Assembly (NCBI GenBank): GCA_022771765.1
Contig: JALELN010000043.1
Span: 1-51,864 of the forward strand
Direction of reading: 5' to 3'
DNA: 51,864 nt
Source of the DNA: Lachnospiraceae bacterium
GTDB lineage: Bacteria; Bacillota; Clostridia; Lachnospirales; Lachnospiraceae
Part shown: one piece after another, positions 38,666 to 48,875 of the stretch
Numbering within the stretch: position 1 is the first letter of the stretch
Layout: every line of letters begins with the position of its first letter
The notes under the pieces: model-generated
Databases searched by the model: none
Told to the model about the DNA's origin: nothing
What the model saw: only the letters and a program-made list of their open reading frames with translations
Made by a program: the position numbers and the translations under genes

Positions 38666-40459
38666 TTACATGCGATCCGGTGCAGAGAATCCCAGAATAT
38701 CAATGCACACCTCCAGCACCCCACGTGTCAGATTCAAAAGCGCAATATACGATTTCTGTAAAGACTCATCTGTCTCTGCAAGAATCTTTGTCTCATGGTA
38801 AAAATGGTTTAGCGCATTTGCCAGATCATAAATATATGCACAGATCCTATGCGGTGCCAGCTCTGCAAACGCTGACTCAACCACACCGTTAAACTTGGCA
38901 ACCTCCAGTTGCAGAGCCTTCTCACTCTCAGAGTGTGCCTCCCCCACATAAGTTCCATTCAAATCATTTCCTGCCTGAACATACTTATTCAGAATCGACT
39001 TGATACGGACGATCGTATACAGAATATATGGTCCAGTATTTCCCTCAAATGAAGTAAAACGATCCACATCAAAAATGTAATCTTTCGATGCCTGATTGGA
39101 CAAATCTCCGTATTTTACCGCAGACAATGCGATCTGCGCCGCAATCGTATGTGCTTCCTCATCGTCCATCTTCTTATCCTCATCCTGATTAGAGATGATC
39201 TTTTCATACATTTTATCTTCAATATCCGTAAGCAGTGTCTCCAGACGCATCACACCGCCTTCACGTGTTTTAAAGGGTTTTCCGTCCTTGCCGTTCATCG
39301 TACCAAAGCCGAGAAAACACAGCTTTGTGTCTTCTCCGACAATGCCGGTTTTTTTCGCACAGCGGAACACCTGCGTAAAATACAACTCCTGACGCTTGTC
39401 CACCACGTAAATGATCTCTTTCGGATTATAGGACTCCATGCGCTGTACAATGGTGGCGAGATCCGTTGTATTATAAAGAGAAGCGCCGTCTGATTTGAGA
39501 ATCATGCAGGGAGGAATCTCTTTGGTATCGGTTTCCTCCTTGACATCCACCACCAGCGCACCCTCGCTGATATATGCGTAACCGCCATCCTTCATGCGAC
39601 GTACCATCTCAGGAATATAGGGCTGCGCGTCACTCTCTCCCTTCCAGAGCTCGAAAGAAACATTTAACCGCTTGTAATTCTTTTTCAGATCGTCTACAGA
39701 AACCTTGATAATGTGCTGCCACAGAGCCTGATACCCCCGGTTTCCATGCTGAAGATCATAGGTTGCCTGCATTGCTTTTTCTTTATAGTGCTCGTCCGTC
39801 TTGGACTTATTGCTGGCTGTCGGGTATATTTCCTCCAACTCTGAAATCGTAAAGGGCGGCTCCTTCGGATACGCTCCACCATAGGCGTTGTCAAAATAAG
39901 GCAAATCGGGCTTGCGCTGCTTTAACTCTGTAATAATCAGCCCCATCTGAAGACCCCAGTCACCCATATGCACATCACCAATCATTGTATTTCCGAGAAA
40001 AATTCCCATTCGTTTGATGCTCTCACCAATCACGGCAGAACGAAGATGTCCGACATGAAGAGGCTTTGCCACATTCGGTCCGCCGTAGTCAATCATGATC
40101 GTCTGCGGCTTTTCCACGCGCTCACAGCCAAAACGTTTACTCTCCGCGTCCTGCGCCATTTCCTTCAGATAATCTGCCAAATATTTCTTTGACAGTTTCA
40201 GATTCAGGAAACCGGGCTTTACAGCACTGACTTCCTCAAACAGTGCATTGTCTCCAAGCTTTCCCGCGATCTGCTCCGCAATCTCAAGCGGAGCCTTCTT
40301 TGCCTGCTTTGCAAGAGCCATCGCGCCATTGCACTGAAATTCACACAGATCCGGTCGATTTGACACTGTCACGCGCGCGTAGCTTTTTTCATATCCGAGA
40401 TCGTCAAAGGCATCCTCCATCGTCCGGGTAATCAGGTCTAATAACTTCTTCATTTCCAT
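38666..40459 (-). CDS. argS: Arginine--tRNA ligase
   Basis: GPNVAKPLHVGHLRS (HIGH), GDWG, KSDG..LY.TTDLA, GNTGPYILY. Confidence 0.97.
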   Translation of the reverse strand: MEMKKLLDLITRTMEDAFDDLGYEKSYARVTVSNRPDLCEFQCNGAMALAKQAKKAPLEIAEQIAGKLGDNALFEEVSAVKPGFLNLKLSKKYLADYLKEMAQDAESKRFGCERVEKPQTIMIDYGGPNVAKPLHVGHLRSAVIGESIKRMGIFLGNTMIGDVHMGDWGLQMGLIITELKQRKPDLPYFDNAYGGAYPKEPPFTISELEEIYPTASNKSKTDEHYKEKAMQATYDLQHGNRGYQALWQHIIKVSVDDLKKNYKRLNVSFELWKGESDAQPYIPEMVRRMKDGGYAYISEGALVVDVKEETDTKEIPPCMILKSDGASLYNTTDLATIVQRMESYNPKEIIYVVDKRQELYFTQVFRCAKKTGIVGEDTKLCFLGFGTMNGKDGKPFKTREGGVMRLETLLTDIEDKMYEKIISNQDEDKKMDDEEAHTIAAQIALSAVKYGDLSNQASKDYIFDVDRFTSFEGNTGPYILYTIVRIKSILNKYVQAGNDLNGTYVGEAHSESEKALQLEVAKFNGVVESAFAELAPHRICAYIYDLANALNHFYHETKILAETDESLQKSYIALLNLTRGVLEVCIDILGFSAPDRM

Positions 40460-40576
40460 TTCCTTTCCTAATTGTTAGTTTCTTCTCTCAAAAAGACCCG
40501 TCAGATCTTTTTATTGTATGCTTTGTAACACCTACAGAACCTGCCACCGGCAGCTTCTTACGGATGCATTGCAACA

Positions 40577-40599
40577 AAAAAAACGCATAGCGTTTTTTT
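40577..40599 (-). terminator. Terminator after the hypothetical gene
   Basis: aaaaaaacgc-ata-gcgttttttt hairpin with T tail. Confidence 0.6.
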
Positions 40600-40610
40600 G
40601 TCAAACATCT

Positions 40611-41066
40611 CTATTGTCCTCCACTGTGCTCGATCAGATCACGCATCGCATCATCCTTCTCTGCAAGAATCGCATCAATCTGTGCCCTGTGTACCTCATC
40701 CGCGCCATCCGCTCCATACGAGCCGGAAAAAGAACCTGTTGTCTCATTAAAGTTGGCCTGTGCGGCAAGCCTTGCCTGCTCAATCTCCTGCTGCTTGCGC
40801 GCTTCATCCTCCGCAGCCTCCCGGTTTAACCGGTCAATAATCTCCTGTGCGATCTCCATTTCATGCGACTCAGATGTCGCGGTTGCTATCTCATCCACCG
40901 GCTGTACTGGAACAGCACCACCCGTCATCTGAGCTGAAGCAGATGACGCTTCCCTTACCTGCTCCTCCGTCAGTTCTTCCGGCGTCATATAATGCACATT
41001 CCACCACTTTACAATGCTGTGCTTCATTTTTTCTTTTTTGTCACGTTCTGCTATTAAGTCTTTCAT
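40611..41066 (-). CDS. Hypothetical acidic helical protein
   Basis: 151-aa ORF with its own promoter and terminator; no recognisable motif. Confidence 0.7.
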   Translation of the reverse strand: MKDLIAERDKKEKMKHSIVKWWNVHYMTPEELTEEQVREASSASAQMTGGAVPVQPVDEIATATSESHEMEIAQEIIDRLNREAAEDEARKQQEIEQARLAAQANFNETTGSFSGSYGADGADEVHRAQIDAILAEKDDAMRDLIEHSGGQ

Positions 41067-41072
41067 AATCCT

Positions 41073-41101
41073 ATTATAAATGATTCGTCAAAAGAATTCA
41101 A
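41073..41101 (-). promoter_or_regulatory. Sigma-A promoter with a Spo0A box in the spacer
   Basis: TTGAAT-17nt-TATAAT; TGACGAA (TGNCGAA) at 41084-41090. Confidence 0.55.
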
Positions 41102-41105
41102 CCGT

Positions 41106-41135
41106 GTATATTTCTACTTTTTTCTGTACAAACTT
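41106..41135 (+). promoter_or_regulatory. SigF/SigG-type promoter of sigG
   Basis: GTATA-18nt-CAAACTT upstream of a GGAGG RBS. Confidence 0.55.
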
Positions 41136-41165
41136 TGAGTAGCATTTTTTCGGAGGTTCACATTC

Positions 41166-41942
41166 ATGTCCGCATACAAAGTCGAAATCTGCGGTGTCAA
41201 CACCGCCAAACTCCCCGTACTCAAAGAAGAAGAAAAGGATGCCCTGTTTGCCCGCATCAAACAGGGTGATGCCGCCGCCAGAGAAGAATACATTAAGGGA
41301 AATCTGCGTCTCGTACTCTCCATCATCAGACGTTTTTCCGGTCACACAGACAACATTGATGACCTGTTTCAGATCGGGTGTATCGGTCTCATGAAATCCA
41401 TTGACAATTTTGATCCAACCATGGGAGTAAAATTTTCCACTTATGCCGTTCCGATGATTATTGGCGAAGTGCGCCGCTACCTGCGCGACAACAACAGCAT
41501 CCGTGTCTCACGTTCTCTCCGGGACACCGCCTACAAAGCAATTCACGCCAAAGAAACACTCATGAGCCGCACACAGGAGGAACCGACAATCGAACAGATC
41601 GCAGAGGAATCCGGTCTGACAAAGGAAGAGATCGTCTATGCCCTCGATGCCATCCAAAGCCCTGTCAGTCTCTACGATCCGGTGTATACAGACGGTGGCG
41701 ACACGCTTTACGTCATGGATCAGATCGCAGATAAGAAAAATAAAGAATCCCGCTGGATCGAGTCGCTATCCTTAAGCGATGCCATGGAACGACTCGGCGA
41801 GCGGGAAAATTATATCATCAAACTACGTTTTTTTGAGGGCAAGACACAGATGGAAGTCGCACAGGAGATCCACATCTCACAGGCGCAGGTGTCACGTCTG
41901 GAAAAGTCCGCCCTCAATCACATGAAAAATTACCTGAAATAA
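41166..41942 (+). CDS. sigG: Forespore sigma factor SigG
   Basis: KVEICGVNTAKLPVL N-terminus, DDLFQIGCIGL, RDNNSIRVSRSLRD, ISQAQVSRLEK. Confidence 0.97.
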   Translation: MSAYKVEICGVNTAKLPVLKEEEKDALFARIKQGDAAAREEYIKGNLRLVLSIIRRFSGHTDNIDDLFQIGCIGLMKSIDNFDPTMGVKFSTYAVPMIIGEVRRYLRDNNSIRVSRSLRDTAYKAIHAKETLMSRTQEEPTIEQIAEESGLTKEEIVYALDAIQSPVSLYDPVYTDGGDTLYVMDQIADKKNKESRWIESLSLSDAMERLGERENYIIKLRFFEGKTQMEVAQEIHISQAQVSRLEKSALNHMKNYLK

Positions 41943-41952
41943 TCTATTCCGC

Positions 41953-42072
41953 CGGATAATGACAATCCTTCTCCGTTGTGCTTCCCTCGTCACGGCCGAT
42001 AAAATATCAGTCCACGGAAACCACCCATGCCTTGCTCGGTCGCGCAAAAGTCGAAGGGATTGCCATTATCCG
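41953..42072. repeat. Structured palindromic intergenic element, copy 2
   Basis: Terminal IR cggataatgacaatccttc/gaagggattgccattatccg; core resembles 30128-30263 on the opposite strand. Confidence 0.75.
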
Positions 42073-42129
42073 ACCCACAACATTATTTCCCATATCTCAT
42101 GAATTGTTTATAGCAGACGTGCCTCTGTA

Positions 42130-43737
42130 TCATCTCTCCCACTTGTCACATAAAGAGTTAATTTGGTCGGCGAAGCGCGCCAGCTCCTTGTTGGGAAGTC
42201 CTTCATTCTTGTTGATGACTGCCAGCAGGCGCTGTCCGGCAGCCAAAAGACGGGCGAATACATTGCTGGATGCCTTACTTCCGCCCTTTGTTTTATTCGG
42301 AATGATCATGCGGCTGCCCTGTTTGATGCAGGCATTCGTAAACAGATCGTAAATGTCTCCGCTAAAGGGCGCGACCGCCTCATAACCAAGCTCCTGATGC
42401 AGATGCGCTGCAAAATTTTCCGTCACCTTATCATCCCCATGTACCACAAAGACACGCTTCGGAGGATTCTTTTTGAATGAAGCAGCCCACTCTGTCAGTT
42501 TCGTACGATCTGCGTGGCCGCTGATGCCGGGCAGGTTGACGATCTCTGCCCGCACCTCAATTATTTCTCCGAAAAGCTTTACCTCCTTCGCTCCGTTAAG
42601 AAGCGCATAGCCAAGCGTTCCCGGCACCTGATAGCCCACAAACAGGATCGTAGAATCATCCCGCCACAGATTATGCTTCAAGTGATGCCTGATACGACCC
42701 GCCTCACACATACCGGAGGCAGAAATAATAACAACCGGCTTCTTTAAAAAGTTGATCTGTTTGGATGCATTGCTGTCTACTGCGGTTTTCAGTCCCGGAA
42801 ACTGGATTGGATTGATGCCGCTTTCAACCAGATTCATTGCTTCCTCGCTGAAACACTCCCGCACATTTTTGTGGAATACATTCGTTGCCTCAATTGCCAG
42901 CGGACTGTCGATATAGACTTCAAAATCTTCAAACTCCGGCAGCAGATGCTCCGTTTTGATCCGACGCAGGAAATAGAGCATTTCCTGCGTACGACCAACT
43001 GAAAATGCCGGGATGACGAGATTGCCGCCGCGAATGAATGTCCGCTTAATCACCTCTGCGAGCTCTGTCGCATAGTCTACGGGCAGATTGTGCTCCCTGT
43101 CTCCGTAGGTAGACTCCATGATCACATAGTCCGCATCCTCCAGATAAGTGGGAGATTTGATGAGGGGCTTGTTGCCCTGCCCGATATCCCCGGAAAAAAC
43201 CAGCTTGACTTCCTTTTCTTTTTCCGTTACCCACAATTCTATAGACGAAGATCCCAGAAGATGCCCAGCGTCCACAAAACGGATCTTTAATGCATCATCC
43301 ACCTGTACCGTCTCGCCGTAAACGCACGGAGTAAAATGATTCAGCACACCCTGCACATCCTCCATCGTGTAGAGCGGCTCTATCTGTCCGCCGCCGGAAC
43401 GCTTTGCCTTGCGATTGCGCCACTCTGCCTCAAATTCCTGAATATGCGCGGAATCCTTGAGCATAATCATACACAGCTCATAAGTTGCCTGCGTACAGTA
43501 GATTCTTCCCCGAAAACCGTGCGCATACAAAAGCGGCAATAAACCGGAATGATCAATATGTGCATGTGTCACAAGTACAGTATCAATTGCTGCGGCATTG
43601 ACCGGAATCTCCTGATTCACATACAAATCCGGTCCTTGCTCCATACCACAGTCAACAAGCAAATGCTTATCCCCATACTGTAAAAAATGACAACTTCCCG
43701 TCACCTCATGGGCAGCACCTAAAAATTCCAATAACAT
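42130..43737 (-). CDS. MBL-fold beta-CASP ribonuclease
   Basis: GAAHEVTGS, THAHIDH, DAGHLLGS, FSGD, MESTYG, ASGMCEAGR, SGHAD, VHGD. Confidence 0.92.
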   Translation of the reverse strand: MLLEFLGAAHEVTGSCHFLQYGDKHLLVDCGMEQGPDLYVNQEIPVNAAAIDTVLVTHAHIDHSGLLPLLYAHGFRGRIYCTQATYELCMIMLKDSAHIQEFEAEWRNRKAKRSGGGQIEPLYTMEDVQGVLNHFTPCVYGETVQVDDALKIRFVDAGHLLGSSSIELWVTEKEKEVKLVFSGDIGQGNKPLIKSPTYLEDADYVIMESTYGDREHNLPVDYATELAEVIKRTFIRGGNLVIPAFSVGRTQEMLYFLRRIKTEHLLPEFEDFEVYIDSPLAIEATNVFHKNVRECFSEEAMNLVESGINPIQFPGLKTAVDSNASKQINFLKKPVVIISASGMCEAGRIRHHLKHNLWRDDSTILFVGYQVPGTLGYALLNGAKEVKLFGEIIEVRAEIVNLPGISGHADRTKLTEWAASFKKNPPKRVFVVHGDDKVTENFAAHLHQELGYEAVAPFSGDIYDLFTNACIKQGSRMIIPNKTKGGSKASSNVFARLLAAGQRLLAVINKNEGLPNKELARFADQINSLCDKWER

Positions 43738-43770
43738 AAATACCCATCTCCTTTTTATAATTTCCTGTAA

Positions 43771-43814
43771 AAAATAGAACTATAAAAACACCCCTGCTTT
43801 TATAGTTCTATTTT
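43771..43814 (-). terminator. Hairpin after sigE
   Basis: 17-bp perfect AT-rich IR aaaatagaactataaaa/ttttatagttctatttt. Confidence 0.65.
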
Positions 43815-43829
43815 AACACTTTTCAGTTA

Positions 43830-44567
43830 TTATTCAAAGCGTACAATTTCTTTTTTCAGCCGTTTCATAATTTTTTTTTCCAAGCGGGAAATATAAGACT
43901 GGGAGATACCTAAAGAGTCTGCGACCTCTTTTTGCGTCAGTTCCTTTCCGTCCGGGCTGTGAAGCCCGAACCGCAGCTCCACAATCTGGCGTTCGCGTTC
44001 TGACAGATGATCGATTGCATTGACAAGAAGTTTCTTTTCCACCTCAGATTCGAGATCCTTTGAGATCACATCCTCATCTGTACCCAGAATATCTGATAAC
44101 AACAGCTCATTTCCATCCCAGTCCACATTCAGTGGCTCGTCAATCGACACTTCCATGCGCGTCTTGCTGTTCCGCCGAAGATACATCAAAATTTCATTTT
44201 CGATGCACCGTGAGGCATAGGTAGCGAGTTTGATCTTTTTTTCCGGATTAAAGGTATTGATCGCCTTGATCAGTCCAATTGTTCCGATGGAGATGAGATC
44301 CTCCACACCCACTCCTGTATTGTCAAATTTTTTTGCGATATAAACAACCAGACGCAGATTGTGCTCAATAAGCTCCTTGCGCGCCTCCGCACAGTTATCC
44401 CCCATGAGAAGAATACACTCCCGCTCCCGGTCTGCTTCCAGCGGCGGCGGCAGAACCTCCGCTCCGCCAATATAATGAATCTCCCGCTCCCTATGGAACA
44501 ACATCGTATATAGTGTTGGTATCATCTTTAGTTGAAAACGATTCGGTACGTTGATTTTTATGTACAT
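43830..44567 (-). CDS. sigE: Pro-SigE sporulation sigma factor
   Basis: Pro-peptide then [12 protein letters not shown]; [27 protein letters not shown]; GGAGG RBS. Confidence 0.97.
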   Translation of the reverse strand: MYIKINVPNRFQLKMIPTLYTMLFHREREIHYIGGAEVLPPPLEADRERECILLMGDNCAEARKELIEHNLRLVVYIAKKFDNTGVGVEDLISIGTIGLIKAINTFNPEKKIKLATYASRCIENEILMYLRRNSKTRMEVSIDEPLNVDWDGNELLLSDILGTDEDVISKDLESEVEKKLLVNAIDHLSERERQIVELRFGLHSPDGKELTQKEVADSLGISQSYISRLEKKIMKRLKKEIVRFE

Positions 44568-44587
44568 GCGATCATCCTCCTTTTCGA

Positions 44588-45352
44588 TTAACCTCTCCAG
44601 CCGGCCTGAAGAATCAGCCGGTAGTCTTTTCCTTTGAACAGTGTATCTTCCGCAACGCCGATCACAGCATGCTCTGTCCTTCCGCCCTCCCATTCTACTG
44701 CATCAATCGTCCACACCTCCATCAATCCCTCCGGTGCCCCCACAGTAGAAAAAGGGACCAGACGCATGCATTCTGGCTGTAACCCGAGTTCCCCTGCCCT
44801 GGATTTTGCAAGAATATGCACTGGTGCATGCACATAAGGATCAGACAGACGGTTTCCTGTGTCATGCAGTCCGAGTACCTCCACCACATGTTCCCGATTC
44901 CTCAGCTTCACCTGATACAGGTTTTTGTCATGCTGCATCCGGCGTTCCTCCAGAATCAGCGAGAGCATTACACCCAGCGCGCATAACATACTTCCGGCCC
45001 CAAACCAGCACTCTCCCGGCAAATGCTCCTGACAGGCAGAAAGGATCCCGCCGGCAGCTGCCGTTGCTGCCAGACACCATAAAAAAAGCCGCAGAAATAT
45101 CCCTACGCTCCTTGGACGGAACAATACTTTTAGCAATAATACGCGAAGCACCAGACTTCCTGATGCAAATACAGCCCCATACCCGGCCACCGCAAACAGT
45201 AGTACCTCCAGACTTACAGCAAGCGCATTCATCCACAAAATTCGAATAGTTGGGCGCTCCTGTTTCATCCATAAATTGACAAAAATGCACACAGATACTT
45301 CCATAAAAAATGTGCGCAGCCATAGTACATCTATGTAAATAGTTACCTCCAC
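44588..45352 (-). CDS. spoIIGA: Pro-SigE processing aspartic protease SpoIIGA
   Basis: IYIDV N-terminus (GTG start), TM helices, DTGNRL.DP motif; upstream of sigE. Confidence 0.88.
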   Translation of the reverse strand: MEVTIYIDVLWLRTFFMEVSVCIFVNLWMKQERPTIRILWMNALAVSLEVLLFAVAGYGAVFASGSLVLRVLLLKVLFRPRSVGIFLRLFLWCLAATAAAGGILSACQEHLPGECWFGAGSMLCALGVMLSLILEERRMQHDKNLYQVKLRNREHVVEVLGLHDTGNRLSDPYVHAPVHILAKSRAGELGLQPECMRLVPFSTVGAPEGLMEVWTIDAVEWEGGRTEHAVIGVAEDTLFKGKDYRLILQAGWRG

Positions 45353-45415
45353 ATATGCAATCCCTCCTACACCCTTCGAGCCGTCCGGTTGTTGCACTGC
45401 TCTTGTGATAGACTG

Positions 45416-45460
45416 ATTATACGCCTGATAGAGCGCGGATTTTGTCAAAGCAACGACGAA
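45416..45460 (-). promoter_or_regulatory. Spo0A-dependent spoIIG promoter
   Basis: TTGACA-21nt-TATAAT; 0A-like boxes TTTGACA (45443-45449) and TTCGTCG (45454-45460). Confidence 0.7.
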
Positions 45461-45474
45461 AAGGTAAGAAAAAA

Positions 45475-45517
45475 ACAAGGATGAAAGATTTCGTTGAATG
45501 GAATCTTTCATCCTTGT
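45475..45517 (-). terminator. ftsZ terminator
   Basis: 16-bp perfect IR acaaggatgaaagatt/aatctttcatccttgt followed by a T run on the minus strand. Confidence 0.8.
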
Positions 45518-45537
45518 CTGGCATCATTCTATCTGTT

Positions 45538-46791
45538 TTATCTTCTCGTATTCTTTAAGAATGTAGGTATCTGAATATCCTTCTCAGGCACACTGCTCTC
45601 CGGCCGCTTTGGCTTCTGAATACCGCTAAATGTAGGGTTAGCAGGAGAAGATGTTGTACCTGCAGCACTTCCCGCTGCTCCGGTTCCAAGGCTCCGTGTA
45701 TAACCGGTTCCTGCTGAACCGGTCAGTCCGCTCCGACTCGTCAGTCCGGAACTCATCGATCTTGTGGCTGTTCCCGCTGCGGCTCCGGTGGTGGAAGTAT
45801 ACTTCATGCCACTCATTAGCGGAGTTACGGAAGGCTTTTTGTTTGCCTCCAAACCTGTCGCAATGACAGTAATCTTTGCCGTATCCGTCATTGTCTCATC
45901 ATACTTGGCACCGAAGATAATGTTTGCCTCATCGCCCGCCAGATCCTGCACATAGCTTGCAGCATCATTGGCATCCATAAGAGAAATATCTCCGGAAATA
46001 TTAATAATCACATGAGAAGCTCCGTTAATCGTTGTCTCCAGCAGCGGGCTCGCAACTGCCAGCTTCACTGCGTCGAGTGCCTTCTCATCGCCATGTGCCT
46101 CTCCGATACCGATATGTGCCAGACCCTTGTCTTTCATGACAGTCTGAACATCAGCGAAATCGAGATTGATCAGCGCAGGCAGGTTGATCAGATCCGTGAT
46201 ACCCTGTACAGACTGCTGCAATACCTCATCTGCCTTCTTGAGCGCATCCGGCATTGTGGTCCGGCGGTCTACAATCTCCAAAAGCTTATCGTTGGGAATC
46301 ACAATCAGCGTATCCACACTCTCTTTCAGACGGTCGATACCCGAAATTGCATTTACCATGCGCTGTTTTGCCTCAAATTTGAAAGGCTTTGTCACAACAC
46401 CAACTGTGAGAATCCCCATATCCTTCGCGATCTTGGCAACGACAGGAGCAGCTCCGGTTCCGGTTCCGCCTCCCATACCACATGTAACAAACACCATATC
46501 CGCGCCCTGAATCGCGTTTGTGAGATCATCCACACTCTCTTCAGCGGCCTTCATACCGATCTCCGGCTGTGCGCCGGCTCCCAGACCCTTTGTCAGCTTC
46601 TCACCGATCTGTATGAGTGTCGGAGCCTTGCAGAGCGCCAACGCCTGCTTATCCGTATTCACACCGACGAACTCAACACCCCCGATATTCTCGTCAATCA
46701 TTCTATTTACAGCATTGTTTCCGGCACCTCCGACACCGATCACAATGATTTTCGCGTTATTATCTGCACCTGTGGTTGTAATCTCTAACAA
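45538..46791 (-). CDS. ftsZ: Cell division protein FtsZ
   Basis: [28 protein letters not shown]-terminal IPTFLK; TTG start after GAGGAGG. Confidence 0.98.
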   Translation of the reverse strand: MLEITTTGADNNAKIIVIGVGGAGNNAVNRMIDENIGGVEFVGVNTDKQALALCKAPTLIQIGEKLTKGLGAGAQPEIGMKAAEESVDDLTNAIQGADMVFVTCGMGGGTGTGAAPVVAKIAKDMGILTVGVVTKPFKFEAKQRMVNAISGIDRLKESVDTLIVIPNDKLLEIVDRRTTMPDALKKADEVLQQSVQGITDLINLPALINLDFADVQTVMKDKGLAHIGIGEAHGDEKALDAVKLAVASPLLETTINGASHVIINISGDISLMDANDAASYVQDLAGDEANIIFGAKYDETMTDTAKITVIATGLEANKKPSVTPLMSGMKYTSTTGAAAGTATRSMSSGLTSRSGLTGSAGTGYTRSLGTGAAGSAAGTTSSPANPTFSGIQKPKRPESSVPEKDIQIPTFLKNTRR

Positions 46792-46930
46792 GAGCTTGTC
46801 CTCCTCTATCCTCAAATCTGTGTAACTGTTGTTCCATACCCGCACAGTTACATATAAAATCCATATGAAATCGTCGCAAACGACCCCTAATCATATTTAT
46901 AATAGTATTTCTTCAAAAATTTATCAACTA

Positions 46931-47716
46931 TTATTTTGATTTTTTACTTTTTTTCGGATCAAAAATAATATCTGTTGTCTCACTCGTCCAGTTCTCCAGA
47001 TGCAACGTGCCCTTTTTCCCCTCAAGCTGCGGAAGAATATACTGCAGACGCATAATCTTCTGCGCAAGGTTGTCCGCGGTTCCCACAAGGATGGTAATCT
47101 TTCCGCTGTAGACGGTCATCGTTCCGGCTACTTCCTCATACTTGATGCGCTTTGCAGGAATTTCGTATTTTTGCAGAAGCTGGGTCAGAGACAGCAAATT
47201 TTTCAGTGCTGTATCGTTGGAAAACGGAAGTTTCTCATAGAGAACGACCGAATCACAGGTCAGGCCCTCGATCTTGGGCACATCCCCCATGACTTCCTGG
47301 GATGTCTCAACAACAAAGCCATCTCTGTCAAAATAGGCATTCTGATCAATTGAACTGATATACAGATAGCCAAGAATCCCTTTCTCATACACCTCGACCG
47401 TCAGTTCATGGGGACTTGTCGGCTGCAGACTAACCTCCAGCGTATCCACAAACGGCAGTTTCTCCGCGTGAATAAAACGATATTTCAAATAAACATATAG
47501 TGTACTCCAGGAATATTCGTCGCTCAGCACGATCTGTTCGATCTGCTCATCCGAATACAGCTCGTTTCCAACCACATGAACTTTTTTGACAGTAAATACC
47601 TGCGTCACAAGCAGGGTCCCGATCGCGGCCAGCAAAACAATCAGTGCCAGCACAATCAGAATATTCCTTCTTCTCTTTTTCTTGCGCAAAATCTCTTTTC
47701 GTTGTTCCTTAATCAT
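46931..47716 (-). CDS. ftsQ: Cell division protein FtsQ/DivIB
   Basis: Basic N-terminus, single TM, POTRA-like V.GN...S.EQI; between ftsW and ftsZ. Confidence 0.85.
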   Translation of the reverse strand: MIKEQRKEILRKKKRRRNILIVLALIVLLAAIGTLLVTQVFTVKKVHVVGNELYSDEQIEQIVLSDEYSWSTLYVYLKYRFIHAEKLPFVDTLEVSLQPTSPHELTVEVYEKGILGYLYISSIDQNAYFDRDGFVVETSQEVMGDVPKIEGLTCDSVVLYEKLPFSNDTALKNLLSLTQLLQKYEIPAKRIKYEEVAGTMTVYSGKITILVGTADNLAQKIMRLQYILPQLEGKKGTLHLENWTSETTDIIFDPKKSKKSK

Positions 47717-48857
47717 ACTCTATCTCCGATGCATCCGGTTCAAACTGTATTCCGCGCGATACCGATAGCGCAAGCCCCATCTCTGCCATGAGGAACACGA
47801 CCGATGTTCCGCCGTAACTGATAAACGGCAGCGTCACACCGGTATTCGGAATGGAATTCGTAACAACCGCAATATTTAAAATAACCTGGATCGCGATGTG
47901 TGCCATAATTCCCGTCACAAGCAACGCGCCATAAAGATCTCTGGAATTGTTCGCAATTACCATAAAGCGCCAGATCAAAAGTAAAAACAGCAGAATGACA
48001 CAGATCGCACCAAACAGTCCAAGCTCCTCACAGATGATGGAAAAGATCATATCGTTTGGTGCCTCGGGAACAAAACCGAGCTTTTGCATGCTGTTGCCAA
48101 GCCCTTTGCCAAACAGACCGCCGGAGCCGATCGCATACAGTCCCTGAAGTGTCTGATAACCCTTTGCATAGTTTTCCGGGTGAAGCCACATTTCCACACG
48201 CTCTCCGCGATAGCCTGCCGAAGGCAGAACCAAAAACAGCACGATGCCAAACACGCCAACCGCGCCGACAATCACAAACTGCAGATATTTCGGGCTTGCC
48301 ACAAAAATCATCGCAACACCGATACCCATGACAATAATTGCAGTACTCAGGTTGTTGTAGGCGATCAGCGCAAACAACGGCAGAATAAAAATCATTACCT
48401 TCACCACTGTAGAAAACTTTGCCATTTTTTTTGGAAATCTGCAGATCATGCTGGCAAGAAACATGATGACCGCCAGCTTAGCAAATTCTGAGGGCTGAAA
48501 CTCCAGACTGGAATTGGGAATACCAAGCCACCTTCTGGAATAATTGTGCTCAATACCGATGCCCGGTATCAGTACAAGCGTACAGAGCACGATGGCAAAC
48601 AGATAAGCCACTCCACCCAGCTTTTTCCAATAACGATAATCAATCCGGGAGATGATAAACATACCGATCAATCCCAGAACAAATGCCATACCCTGCCTTT
48701 TCAGATAATGAGTCGGATCCTTAAAGGTAAGCTGCGCATCATAAGCACTCGTGCTGTATAGCATCACCAGACCAAAGCAGATCAGAAAAACAATGATAAA
48801 CAGCAGGCTGTAATCAAAATATTTAATTTGCCGCTTTTTCTTCTGACGTTGCGCCAT
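47709..48857 (-). CDS. ftsW: SEDS protein FtsW/SpoVE
   Basis: GLVMLYS, FQPSEFAK, GSGGLFGKGLGNS.QK, TGVTLPFISYGG. Confidence 0.92.
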   Translation of the reverse strand: MAQRQKKKRQIKYFDYSLLFIIVFLICFGLVMLYSTSAYDAQLTFKDPTHYLKRQGMAFVLGLIGMFIISRIDYRYWKKLGGVAYLFAIVLCTLVLIPGIGIEHNYSRRWLGIPNSSLEFQPSEFAKLAVIMFLASMICRFPKKMAKFSTVVKVMIFILPLFALIAYNNLSTAIIVMGIGVAMIFVASPKYLQFVIVGAVGVFGIVLFLVLPSAGYRGERVEMWLHPENYAKGYQTLQGLYAIGSGGLFGKGLGNSMQKLGFVPEAPNDMIFSIICEELGLFGAICVILLFLLLIWRFMVIANNSRDLYGALLVTGIMAHIAIQVILNIAVVTNSIPNTGVTLPFISYGGTSVVFLMAEMGLALSVSRGIQFEPDASEIEYD

Positions 48858-48875
48858 ATATCTGCTCCTTTACAG

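Noticed and set aside
40460-40610. T-box leader for argS
   Set aside because: The region is too short and has no T-box consensus
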